Positions 10,668 through 19,431 of a stretch of DNA of 64,000 nucleotides are shown piece after piece. How positions within the stretch are numbered: the stretch's first letter is position 1; the number at the start of each line of letters is the position of its first letter. The notes under the pieces are model-generated. The model had not been told where the DNA came from. It saw nothing but the letters and a program-made list of their open reading frames with translations, and made no database searches. The DNA is from an uncultured Chloroflexia bacterium (lineage in GTDB: Bacteria; Chloroflexota; UBA6077; JACCZL01). The translations under genes and the position numbers were made by a program. Where the stretch lies: assembly GCA_963765765.1 (NCBI GenBank), contig CAVXYC010000010.1:224001-288000 (forward strand), read 5' to 3'.

Positions 10668-11150
10668 TTAAGCCCTCACCGTCGATCGGTCGCGGATCAT
10701 GCGCGGATCCCGCCTGGTGCGCCATTCGTCCACCGAAATCTGTGCCAGCGCCTCAGCGCCCTTCAGGGCAAGCTGCTCATCACGATCCTCGTCGCCAGAA
10801 CCACTGACGCCCAGGCCGCCGATGACCTGACTGGAACGTCTAAGTGTCCAACCTCCGTGGATCGTGGTCAGGTAAGGGTTGGACCAGTCAGCCACGGTGC
10901 GGCCGTCGTGCAGGATCTGGAGCCGCCACAGGGCAGTGTCCCGGCCGATGTACGCGGCGGTGTGGGCTTTGCGCTCGGCATTTCGCACATCTACTGCAGA
11001 CGCGCCGTCCTGGCGCAGTAGGTACACGGGATTGCCTTCAGAATCTACGATGGCGATCGCCAGCGGATGCTCATTCGGACGCGTGCTCTTTAGGATGGCG
11101 TCCACCGCCAGCCGGGCGTCAGTTAAGCCGACGTTCAGCGCTGTGATCAT
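10668..11150 (-). CDS. GlcG/HbpS family (DUF336) heme-binding protein
   Basis: AIAIVDSEG...RQDGA...AERKAHTAA...GG...VIGGLGVSG...DEQLA pattern. Confidence 0.85.
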   Translation of the reverse strand: MITALNVGLTDARLAVDAILKSTRPNEHPLAIAIVDSEGNPVYLLRQDGASAVDVRNAERKAHTAAYIGRDTALWRLQILHDGRTVADWSNPYLTTIHGGWTLRRSSQVIGGLGVSGSGDEDRDEQLALKGAEALAQISVDEWRTRRDPRMIRDRSTVRA

Positions 11151-11566
11151 CGTTCCACCCCCATGGCTTTCAGACCGATTTCGGCAAGAGCCTCGTCACG
11201 GATCGTGGTATTACCGCTCATGGCGATACCACCGACGACCTGGCCATTGATGATGATGGCTATTCCGCCTTGCAGCGTAGTGACCATGGGGTCGCCCCAG
11301 TCGTTCAGAGTCCGTTGCTTGGCCTTCACATGCTTGTCTCGGAAGACCACGGTGTCCAGGCCAAGATTGGCCGCGGTATAGGCTTTGGCCCGGGCGCGAC
11401 TAAGCATTCGCGAGGGCGCTTGGTCTTGACGCATGAGCAGGATCGGAACGCCGTGCTCGTCCGCAATGGCAAGCGCCACAGGATTGTCCGAGCTGGTGAG
11501 GGCTCCCAGGATGGCGTCGCGTGCACGCTCCGCTTCTGCGAGTCCAAGTCTCTCTTGTTGGAACAT
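11147..11566 (-). CDS. GlcG/HbpS family (DUF336) heme-binding protein
   Basis: ALAIADEHG...RQDQA...ARAKAYTAA...QGG...VVGGIAMSG...DEALA; ATG 11566 after GAGGGAG; ATGA overlap with the downstream paralog. Confidence 0.85.
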   Translation of the reverse strand: MFQQERLGLAEAERARDAILGALTSSDNPVALAIADEHGVPILLMRQDQAPSRMLSRARAKAYTAANLGLDTVVFRDKHVKAKQRTLNDWGDPMVTTLQGGIAIIINGQVVGGIAMSGNTTIRDEALAEIGLKAMGVER

Positions 11567-11672
11567 GGGTGCTCCCTCTGTCGAGTAGCCACAGATTCTA
11601 TGGAGACGGCTCTTGCTCGTCAATGGATGAGCGCGGCGACAGAAGTTCACATTGTGGATGTGCGTCTCACGG

Positions 11673-11792
11673 GACCGCCGACATCCTGGCCGTCCGGCCC
11701 ACAAGGCCGCCGGAGGATGCCTTTAGCTCCGGCGCCTTTGCTGTCCGCGTTGCGGCCCTCCGAAGGGCCGGGCCAACAGGATGTCGGCGGTC
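11673..11792. repeat. REP-like inverted repeat element
   Basis: Perfect 16-bp arms GACCGCCGACATCCTG (11673-11688) and CAGGATGTCGGCGGTC (11777-11792). Confidence 0.7.
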
Positions 11793-11883
11793 GCGGCAGA
11801 CGAGATTACGTGCAAAGTTGGAGGCACAGTTTGCCTTTTGCCGTATCTGGAGCGGATTGGACCGAAACTGTACTGACTGGCTG

Positions 11884-12067
11884 GGGTGCGCCCAGAACTT
11901 GTGACGTCTCTTCGGCTCGTACTCGTGGGAGTGGCGCCTGGCCTGTCCGTTCTGCCTGGCCAGAGCGCATACCGGTTAGGCGAGGTTCCTGTCCCACCAC
12001 TTGCCGCGAGCGCTATCACGGGTCACTGCCCCTGGCCGGGCGCGTTGCACAAGTTCTGGGCACGCCC
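11884..12067. mobile_element. Non-autonomous MITE (184 bp) with IS256-family-like ends
   Basis: TIRs GGGTGCGCCCAGAACTTGTG and GGGCGTGCCCAGAACTTGTG (18/20 match), flanked by an exact 9-bp direct repeat GACTGGCTG at 11875-11883 and 12068-12076; no transposase inside. Confidence 0.85.
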
Positions 12068-12237
12068 GACTGGCTGCATTACTTTGACCTGAGCACGGCC
12101 CGTTCTTATACTGGCCCTCGGGGCTTTATAGTCTCGCGTGCGCGGATATTTCTCCGTGCCTAAGGCATCGTCGAAGAGCGATCATTAACACACATGTTGT
12201 AGCCCGCGACGCCGAAGACGACGTCGCTGGCAGGAGG

Positions 12238-14025
12238 ATGGCAATGGCAGCCGCTACCGTATCGCACCCTGGTCCAGGGAGACGGCGAATCGCGTTCCGA
12301 CCCGTCCAGGTGGTCGGGACAATTCTGCTGGCGGGCGTGCTGTTCCTTACGGTGTATCCGCTGGCCATGCTGATCGTCGGAAGCTTCAAATCGATGGGGC
12401 CCGGACTCCCCGGGGACTGGACCTTTGTCGGCTACCAGAAGGCCTACACAGACTGGGCGACGCTCTCAAGTTGGGGCAACTCGTTCATGCTGGCTACCTC
12501 GGTTACGTTGATTTCGACGGTCATCGCGGTCACCTTCGCGTTCATCGTGGCTCGGACAGACGTTCCGTTACGCTGGATGATCGTTCCCGTGATGACGATG
12601 GCCTTTGTGATGCCCCAGATCTTCTTCTCGCTGGCATGGTCAATGCTCGGCAACGCGCGCGCGGGCATGATCAATCAGCTCTGGCGGAACCTGTTCCCCG
12701 GTGCTGGGCCGCTCTTCGACGTCAATAGCTGGGCTGGCATGATCCTGGTCATGTCGCTCGCCACAGTGGCGTTCAAGTTCCTGCTTCTGCTGGGCGCCTT
12801 CAAAGGGCTCGACCTGGCGCTCGAGGAGGCTTCTCGAATCGCTGGCGCTGGCCGCATGCAGACGCTCCTGCGGGTGGACCTACCGGTCCTCGCCCCCACC
12901 ATTCTCGGCGTCATGATGCTGAGTTTTATCCGCGGACTCCAGGCCACGGAGACCCCGCTCTTCCTGGGTTTCCCGGCGGGCATCTATGTGTTCTCCACGA
13001 AGATGCTCGACTACATCAATAACTACGTGCCTGCTCGCTATCCCGAAGCTACGGCACTCGCGGTGACGGGTGTCGTGGTGATGGTCGTCCTGGTGATGCT
13101 CCAATGGAAGATCCTGGGGCATCGGGAATTCGTCACGATCACGGGTAAGGGCTACAAGCCCGAAATCTGGCATCTTGGCAAGCTGAAGTGGGCGTTCACG
13201 GCGCTAATTGTCGTGTATGTGCTCCTTGCGCTCGTCCTTCCTGGCATACAGCTCTTCCTGGGCTCATTCCAGAAAATCTTCGGTGTGTACTCCTGGAATA
13301 GCTTTACGCTCGAGAACTATCAGAAGGCGTTGGATTCACCCGTTGTGCAGCGCGCGGCGAGGAATACACTCCAGATTGCTCTCCTGGGCGGCCTGGTTGG
13401 GATGGCAATCACCACTGCAATCGCGTACATCGTTACGCGGACGACGTTCTACGGCCGCCGCGCCCTCGACATGGCTGTGTGGGCACCCTGGACGATGCCC
13501 GGCGTTGTGCTTGGCATAGGTCTGCTCTGGGCGTACATCAGTGTTCCGGGTCTCAAGGAGCTCTACGGAACTCCCTGGCTCATGATGTTGGGAATGATCG
13601 TGACGATCATTCCGGTCGGCGTCCGAGTGATGGGCGGGGCGCTCTCTCAGCTCAGCAAGGATCTCGAAGAATCAGCAAGAATCCACGGTGCTTCCTGGAT
13701 GCGCGCCTTTATGACGGTTGTGGTGAAGCTTGTCATGCCGAGCTTCCTCTACGGTTGGCTCGTGATCGGCGTCATTCTCAGCGGAGAGCTTTCCGTGCCG
13801 CTCGTGCTCTATGCACCAGGCAACGAGGTCTTGTCCGTGGCGATCTACGGCCTCCAGCAGAATGCTCAGCAGGCTGTCGCGGCGGCGGTCTTCTCGATGG
13901 TGCTGCTCGTCGCGGCCAGCGCGCTAGCCGTTGCGCGGCTCGTGCAGTTCATTGCGGAGCGCTTGAAAGAACGAGCTGAGGCGCCCGAGACGCGCGAGAT
14001 GGAGATGCAGCCCGCGGCCGTCTGA
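12238..14025 (+). CDS. ABC transporter permease with two TM domains (AfuB/FbpB-like)
   Basis: 595 aa; EAA loops LEEASRIAGA and LEESARIHGA; AGGAGG RBS; paralog of 3496-5258. Confidence 0.92.
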   Translation: MAMAAATVSHPGPGRRRIAFRPVQVVGTILLAGVLFLTVYPLAMLIVGSFKSMGPGLPGDWTFVGYQKAYTDWATLSSWGNSFMLATSVTLISTVIAVTFAFIVARTDVPLRWMIVPVMTMAFVMPQIFFSLAWSMLGNARAGMINQLWRNLFPGAGPLFDVNSWAGMILVMSLATVAFKFLLLLGAFKGLDLALEEASRIAGAGRMQTLLRVDLPVLAPTILGVMMLSFIRGLQATETPLFLGFPAGIYVFSTKMLDYINNYVPARYPEATALAVTGVVVMVVLVMLQWKILGHREFVTITGKGYKPEIWHLGKLKWAFTALIVVYVLLALVLPGIQLFLGSFQKIFGVYSWNSFTLENYQKALDSPVVQRAARNTLQIALLGGLVGMAITTAIAYIVTRTTFYGRRALDMAVWAPWTMPGVVLGIGLLWAYISVPGLKELYGTPWLMMLGMIVTIIPVGVRVMGGALSQLSKDLEESARIHGASWMRAFMTVVVKLVMPSFLYGWLVIGVILSGELSVPLVLYAPGNEVLSVAIYGLQQNAQQAVAAAVFSMVLLVAASALAVARLVQFIAERLKERAEAPETREMEMQPAAV

Positions 14026-14067
14026 GTCCGTAGGCTTCCGTTAAGAGACATTCAGGAGGAACACGCG

Positions 14068-15172
14068 GTGGCGGGCATTCGAGTTCGTGGACTCATCAAG
14101 TCGTTTGAGACCGGAGTCCGCGCGGTAAACGAAGTTGATTTCGAAGTCCCGGATGGGGCAGCTTGTTACGCTGCTGGGCCCAAGTGGGTGCGGAAAAACT
14201 ACGACCCTCCGGCTGCTAGCCGGGTTTGAGACCCCGGATGATGGTGAGATCTCGTTTGGCGATCATATAGTGACGTCGATGCAGAAGGGCGTTTTTGAGC
14301 CGCCAGAGAAACGCGGTGCTGGAATGGTATTCCAGAGCTACGCGATCTGGCCGCACATGACCGTGTTCGAGAACGTAGCGTATCCACTGACCATTCGATC
14401 CACGCCCAAGAACGAGATCCGAACCCGTGTTTTCGATGCGCTCGAGATGCTCGGTCTTCACGGTTTCGAGAATCGATCGGCCACAAAATTGAGTGGCGGT
14501 CAGCAGCAGCGCGTCGCGATTGCCCGCGCACTCGTGGGCAATCCGGGCATCCTGCTTCTGGATGAGCCGCTTTCGAACCTGGATGCCAAGCTGCGCGCGC
14601 AGATGCGCGTGGAGCTGCTGCAGCTCCAGCGTCGCCTAAAGGTCACGACCGTTTACGTAACGCATGACCAGACGGAGGCTATGGTGCTCTCCGATAAGGT
14701 GCTGGTCATGAAGGACGGAGTCGTCCAGCAAAGTGGTTCGGCTCGCGACATATTCAAGTGGCCTGTCAATCGGTTCGTAGCGGATTTCGTCGGGTTCACC
14801 AATTTCATTCCGGAAACGTCCTCGAGCGTAATGGGGATCTCACGTCGGTTCGCGTGGGCAGCGGCGGCCAACCGCTGCAGCTTGCGAGCTCGGAGCCGCT
14901 GAGTCCCAACGATGACGTTGTCATTGCTACGCGTCCGGTCGGCTGTTCGGCTGCATGTGAGCGGCACAAACGGTCAGGCGCCAATTAGTGGCACCGTGAT
15001 CTCCCAGGCATATCTCGGCGATGTCATCGAGGTGCACGTGCAGATCGATGACATGCGAGTCATCGCCCATGTGCCCGAAGCTACGACGGGTCAGACCGTC
15101 AGCGTCCCTCAGGTTGGTGACAAGGTGGACGTGGAGCTCGATCAGGGGAACGCGATTCTGGTGAAGGTCTAG
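14068..15172 (+). CDS. ABC transporter ATP-binding protein (AfuC/PotA-like); apparent frameshifts near 14155, 14815 and 14940
   Basis: GTG 14068 after AGGAGG; [27 protein letters not shown]; TOBE-like tail in the 14912-15172 frame. Confidence 0.88.
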
Positions 15173-15204
15173 GGATCTAGATCGTGGGTGGAACGACCGG
15201 TGGA

Positions 15205-15314
15205 ACGACGCCACCCCAGCCCTCCCCGCTGCAGCAGGGAGGGAGCGTGTTCAGGGGGAACCGAGGATCCGGCTTCCTCCCTGTCGCAGCGGGGAGGGCC
15301 TGGGGTGGGGTCGT
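15205..15314. repeat. Palindromic CCCTCCCC/GGGGAGGG-type repeat pair between convergent genes
   Basis: CCACCCCAGCCCTCCCCGCTGC ... GCAGCGGGGAGGGCCTGGGGTGG arms, each with an internal hairpin; preceded by tandem GGTGGAACGAC x2 (15187-15209). Confidence 0.65.
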
Positions 15315-15351
15315 CATGCCGCGGGCAACGGCCTCAACGCCTCAATCCCTC

Positions 15352-16551
15352 CTACGCGCGCCTGATTCCTCCAAGTGCTCTTAGCGCCCAGTCGCGTTGA
15401 TCCGCGGAGAGCATGTTCTTCACATCGGGTTGAACTTGGGCCGTTGAGATCCAATTCCGCCATGTCTCCTGCGATTTGCGCTGGAGCGTATCGGCGTCAA
15501 ATGGACGGTCATCCGATTTCTCTAGAACCTGGATAATGTGCTGGCCATTGCGGGATTCGACAACCTCGCCGATAGCACCGACGTCCTGAGAAAATGCTGC
15601 GAGCTCAAATGGCAAATTCATTACGCCGGACCCGAACCAGCCAAGATCGCCACCCTTATCCTTGCTACCCGGATCTTTTGACTCCTGTCGGGCAAGTTCG
15701 GCGAAATCCTCGCCGTTGAGCAGTCGCTGGCGGACCTCCTCGGCCTTCTCGGGAGTTTCCAACAGAATGTGCCGAGCATGGACCTGAGAGCCGGAGGCTG
15801 GCGTGTCCGCTGAAATCACTGTACGGAGCTTCTCTTCCAGCACGTCAGATCGAACGAGCTCTCGGAACTGTTGATCCGTTAACCCATTCCGCTCGAGAAG
15901 AATAGCGTAGGCACCGCTGGCAATGTCTGGTGACAGCGTTGGATATGGAGTGGCGGTCGCCGTCGGCGACGGTGTTACCGATGGTTCAGGTGTCGGACTC
16001 GGTGTGCTTGTTACCAGCGGCGCGGGTGTAGCCGTCGGGGCCGGTTGAGTCATAGCGTCCTGCTCGGCAAGGATCTCCTGCAGCTTTGCTTCCACTTCGT
16101 CGTCGGTCACTACGATGCCGCGAGCGGCGGTCTCCCGACGTACAAGGATCTCCTCGATCATCTGGTCCAGAGTCGTATCGGGAAGTCGATTCTTCTGCGC
16201 AACGAGCTGCGAAGTTTGTTGACTCATACCCTGGGCTGTGTAGAGTCGGATTTGATCGTCGAACAGTTTGCTGCGCGGTCGCGCACGATCAACTACTTCG
16301 TTCAGGCTGATAGTCTGGCCATAGACGTCGGCCACAGTTTCTCGGCCACGCAAGAATGATTCGCGCACATAACCCACGACGAGCACGAGCACGATGATCA
16401 CCGCAAAGCCGAGAACTCCTAATTTGATCCAGCGCTCTTGCTCCTGTTCCCGCTGCCATTTGGAGAGCTGCCGCTGCGATGGACGGAGGTGCGCCAATCT
16501 GGTGGTTAAACTTCGGCTTTTCGATGGTTCCTTATTTCGTCGAGTGGCCAT
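15352..16551 (-). CDS. Membrane-anchored parvulin-type peptidyl-prolyl isomerase (PrsA/SurA-like foldase)
   Basis: N-terminal TM helix, SurA-N-like region, PT-rich linker, VHARHIL...FAELARQESKDPGSKDKGGDLGWF. Confidence 0.9.
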   Translation of the reverse strand: MATRRNKEPSKSRSLTTRLAHLRPSQRQLSKWQREQEQERWIKLGVLGFAVIIVLVLVVGYVRESFLRGRETVADVYGQTISLNEVVDRARPRSKLFDDQIRLYTAQGMSQQTSQLVAQKNRLPDTTLDQMIEEILVRRETAARGIVVTDDEVEAKLQEILAEQDAMTQPAPTATPAPLVTSTPSPTPEPSVTPSPTATATPYPTLSPDIASGAYAILLERNGLTDQQFRELVRSDVLEEKLRTVISADTPASGSQVHARHILLETPEKAEEVRQRLLNGEDFAELARQESKDPGSKDKGGDLGWFGSGVMNLPFELAAFSQDVGAIGEVVESRNGQHIIQVLEKSDDRPFDADTLQRKSQETWRNWISTAQVQPDVKNMLSADQRDWALRALGGIRRA

Positions 16552-16585
16552 ATGCTTGCTATTTCAGTTCATATGCAAGGAATGA

Positions 16586-16609
16586 GAAAAGCCGGGTCGA
16601 AGCCCGGCT
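16586..16609 (-). terminator. Intrinsic terminator of rpsF-ssb-rpsR
   Basis: Minus strand reads AGCCGGG-CTTCGA-CCCGGCT then TTT. Confidence 0.65.
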
Positions 16610-16631
16610 CAATGACTCATTTCTTAAGACG

Positions 16632-17013
16632 TCACGCGCGAGCGTGGACCCCGCTGATGCGGACATGCTCGGCTGTGTATGGCAGGAGCGCCATATGCCG
16701 TGCCCGCTTTACCGCGGTAGCCAGGGCGCGCTGATGGAGAGCACACGTGCCCGTTTTGCGGCGGGGCTCGATCTTTCCACGATCGGAAAGATGTCTGCGG
16801 AGTCGCGAAAGATCTTTGAAATCCACGTAGCTGATCTTGTCAGCACAAAACTGACAGACCTTCCGTCGCGGAGTGTATTTTCGTCCGTATCCCTCACCCT
16901 TTCGGCGTGGAGGACGTCGCTGTCCGTCGGCGGGACCCGATGGGGCACCCGGGCAGCGAAGGGCTCTGTATCCCTGACGGAGCTGCTGGTGTGATTTCTG
17001 TTTCTACTGTCAT
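16632..17013 (-). CDS. rpsR: 30S ribosomal protein S18 (Zn-binding C+ type) with N-terminal extension; apparent frameshift near 16950-16980
   Basis: [19 protein letters not shown]...[17 protein letters not shown]...ARHMALLPY; the only plausible start is ATG 17013 overlapping the ssb stop (TAATG), in a different frame. Confidence 0.93.
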
Positions 17014-17447
17014 TAGAACGGTAAGTCCTCTAGATCTGAATCCGGAGCAGCGGATGTCCCTGTACCTGCAGGCGCATAGCCGCCAGGTGCATAGCCGGCT
17101 CCCTGGTCGTCACGCTGACGCTGGTCGAGCAGGATGACGTCGTTCGCCATCACTTCGAGGCTCGTACGAGGTTTCCCTTCGTTGTCTTGCCAGGCGCGTG
17201 ACGAGAAGCGACCCTCCACGAGCACGCGGCTTCCCTTGGTTACAAGGTTCGCCGTGGTCTCAGCCAATCGGCCAAATGTCGAGACTTGAAACCAGTCGGC
17301 TTCCTCGACCCGCTCACCATCGCGGCCACGCCGGACGTGGCTGCAGACCATCCTGAACGATGTTACCTGGCGGCCGTCCGCGGTGAACCGAGCCTCGGGG
17401 TCACGAGGCTGCACCCGACCAACGAGGGTGATTTTGACCATGTCCAT
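17013..17447 (-). CDS. ssb: Single-stranded DNA-binding protein
   Basis: OB-fold motifs, acidic DLPF C-terminus, canonical rpsF-ssb-rpsR order. Confidence 0.95.
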   Translation of the reverse strand: MDMVKITLVGRVQPRDPEARFTADGRQVTSFRMVCSHVRRGRDGERVEEADWFQVSTFGRLAETTANLVTKGSRVLVEGRFSSRAWQDNEGKPRTSLEVMANDVILLDQRQRDDQGAGYAPGGYAPAGTGTSAAPDSDLEDLPF

Positions 17448-17470
17448 AAGGCTGACCTCTTGCTCCCCGA

Positions 17471-17758
17471 TCAGGCGACGGGGCGAATCAGTAAGTGGCG
17501 GATGACCGACTCATTGAGACGGAAATCGCGCTCGATCGCAGTTAGGCTCGTAGGATCCAGCTTCAGCCGAACAACGGAGTAGACGCCTTCGAGATAATTC
17601 TCGATGGGATACGCCAGTCGGCGCCGTCCCCAGGGCTCAACTCCAGTCACCTCACCCCCGCGTGATGCGAGCATTGTGGTGACGCGCGTACTCGCCTCCT
17701 CGATGCCGGCTTCATCAAGCTCTGGCGTGAGGACGTACATAAGCTCGTAATCTTGCAC
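17471..17758 (-). CDS. rpsF: 30S ribosomal protein S6
   Basis: YELMYVLTP...WGRRRLAYPI...EGVY...VIRHL; GTG 17758 after AGGAGG. Confidence 0.95.
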   Translation of the reverse strand: MQDYELMYVLTPELDEAGIEEASTRVTTMLASRGGEVTGVEPWGRRRLAYPIENYLEGVYSVVRLKLDPTSLTAIERDFRLNESVIRHLLIRPVA

Positions 17759-17888
17759 GTCTTGCACCTCCTTTCTCTGGGATTGCCCTTCGCGAGCGAC
17801 GTTGGCGGTGCTCACCTTCGTCTAACGAAAGGCAGAAAGACGCGCGGGAAATTCCCGCGCATGAACTCGGGAAGTATATCAGGTTGGA

Positions 17889-18488
17889 TCAGGTCCCGTA
17901 GCGCTCTTCCCGCCAGGGGTCACCCCGCATATGGTAGCCGTATCCCTCCCAGAACCCAGGCTGGTCGTCGGCAAGGAATTCGACCCCGCGCACCCACTTG
18001 GCACTCTTCCAGAAGTAGAGATGCGGGACAAAAAGGCGCAGGGGTCCGCCGTGCTCCGGTGTGAGATCCGCGCCGTTCCATCGATTGACGAACAGCACAT
18101 CATCACGCATGAGGTCCGTAAGGGGCAGGTTTGTGGTGTAGCCGTGCTCTGCATGAATCAGTGCGAAGCGAGCCTCGGCCTGGATTTGAACCAGTTTGGC
18201 CACTTCGAGAAATGGGATGCCTTCCCAATCGCTATCGAAAAGGCTCCAGCGGGTCACACAGTGCACATCTGCGTGAACCGTTTTTCGCGGGAGCCCCAAT
18301 AGCTCGTTGAATGGCAATGATCGAGGCTCGGCAACGAGCCCGGTGAGACTGAGCCGCCATGTGTCGATATCCACGTTCGGTACTGAGCCGTAGTGAAGCA
18401 CCGGCCATTTCTTGGTCTGGTACTGTCCAGGCGGCAGCCGACTCCCCAGGCTGTCTTCTTCCTTGGACTTTCGTCGAAAGATGTTCAT
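17889..18488 (-). CDS. Sulfite oxidase-like molybdopterin-dependent oxidoreductase (YuiH-like)
   Basis: RLPPGQ, DVHCVTRWS, HGGPLRLFVPHLYFWKSAKW, GFWEGYGYHMRGDPWREERY. Confidence 0.92.
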   Translation of the reverse strand: MNIFRRKSKEEDSLGSRLPPGQYQTKKWPVLHYGSVPNVDIDTWRLSLTGLVAEPRSLPFNELLGLPRKTVHADVHCVTRWSLFDSDWEGIPFLEVAKLVQIQAEARFALIHAEHGYTTNLPLTDLMRDDVLFVNRWNGADLTPEHGGPLRLFVPHLYFWKSAKWVRGVEFLADDQPGFWEGYGYHMRGDPWREERYGT

Positions 18489-18656
18489 GGTCTGCTCCCT
18501 GCCGGCGCTCTTCAGCATCATGATCGCACGAATGTCGGGAGTGAGCGGCAATTGTGTGTCCCCCTGTAGGCGCTACCCGAGCTCCACGGTGCGCTCGCGG
18601 ACAGGGATACCTGGTGGCGGCCGTAAAGGGCCGCCTCAGGAGTGCGGTTTAAGAAG

Positions 18657-18695
18657 ACAAAAGCGGTCCGACATCCCACGTCGAACCGCTTTTGT
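18657..18695. terminator. Bidirectional-type intrinsic terminator
   Basis: ACAAAAGCGGTCCGAC / GTCGAACCGCTTTTGT stem with A and T tracts. Confidence 0.7.
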
Positions 18696-18712
18696 TTGTT
18701 GCTGGATGGCGA

Positions 18713-19171
18713 CTAACCGCAGTTGACAGGCAGACCTAGCGCTGGATCATCGATCCTATAGTCGCGATTGTTGCTCTTATCCTTAATCACCACGAACCCG
18801 GTATCGTTGCTCTCGTTGATTTCGCCTTTGATGACCGCATCTACCGTCTTGACGACGTCGTTGATGGGCGTTCTCGTCACACTCGCGGCGTCTTTAAACG
18901 TAAACACGACATCCCGGTAAGTGAGCTTTTTCTTACCTTCCTTGACGATTCGCTTGCGCGTCTCTTTGGTGAGCTTGTCAAAGTGATCGGACTGATAAGT
19001 CGCACCATCGATATTGATCCTCCAGGACCGAGAGCGACCGGATCCGTCATTGATTAGCATCGAACCATTGTTCCCAACCATCTCGCATGTATCCGCGAAA
19101 GCTGGGCTCGCCTGGAGCGGTAGGGCGGTTATGCCCACAATAAGCGCCAGTGCCCCAAGACGTCTTTGCAT
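18713..19171 (-). CDS. Hypothetical secreted protein
   Basis: Signal peptide ending AFA-D; GGGGG RBS; own terminator; no recognisable domain. Confidence 0.7.
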   Translation of the reverse strand: MQRRLGALALIVGITALPLQASPAFADTCEMVGNNGSMLINDGSGRSRSWRINIDGATYQSDHFDKLTKETRKRIVKEGKKKLTYRDVVFTFKDAASVTRTPINDVVKTVDAVIKGEINESNDTGFVVIKDKSNNRDYRIDDPALGLPVNCG

Positions 19172-19431
19172 AGCACCCCCTCTGTCTGGTCATCGTCGGA
19201 CTGCTCGACACAGCGGCTCGCGAGTCGGACGCGTCCCGTGGCGTTGATCTAACCGATGGGATTATGGAAATGTCTCTGACAATTCCAACGGCTGCAAGAT
19301 CGTTTTATTGTCAAGTCACAGGATCGAGACTGCGCCGATACGGGTTTGTGATGGCCTGCTCAATGGCCTGTGCCGCGCCCGTGACCCGGCACGGTAATCT
19401 GCGATACTTCGATCGCTGAGGTGCGTCCGTT

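Noticed and set aside
11270-12163. 297-aa ORF on the + strand
   Set aside because: It is antisense to a GlcG gene and runs through a REP element and the MITE, with no protein-like motifs.
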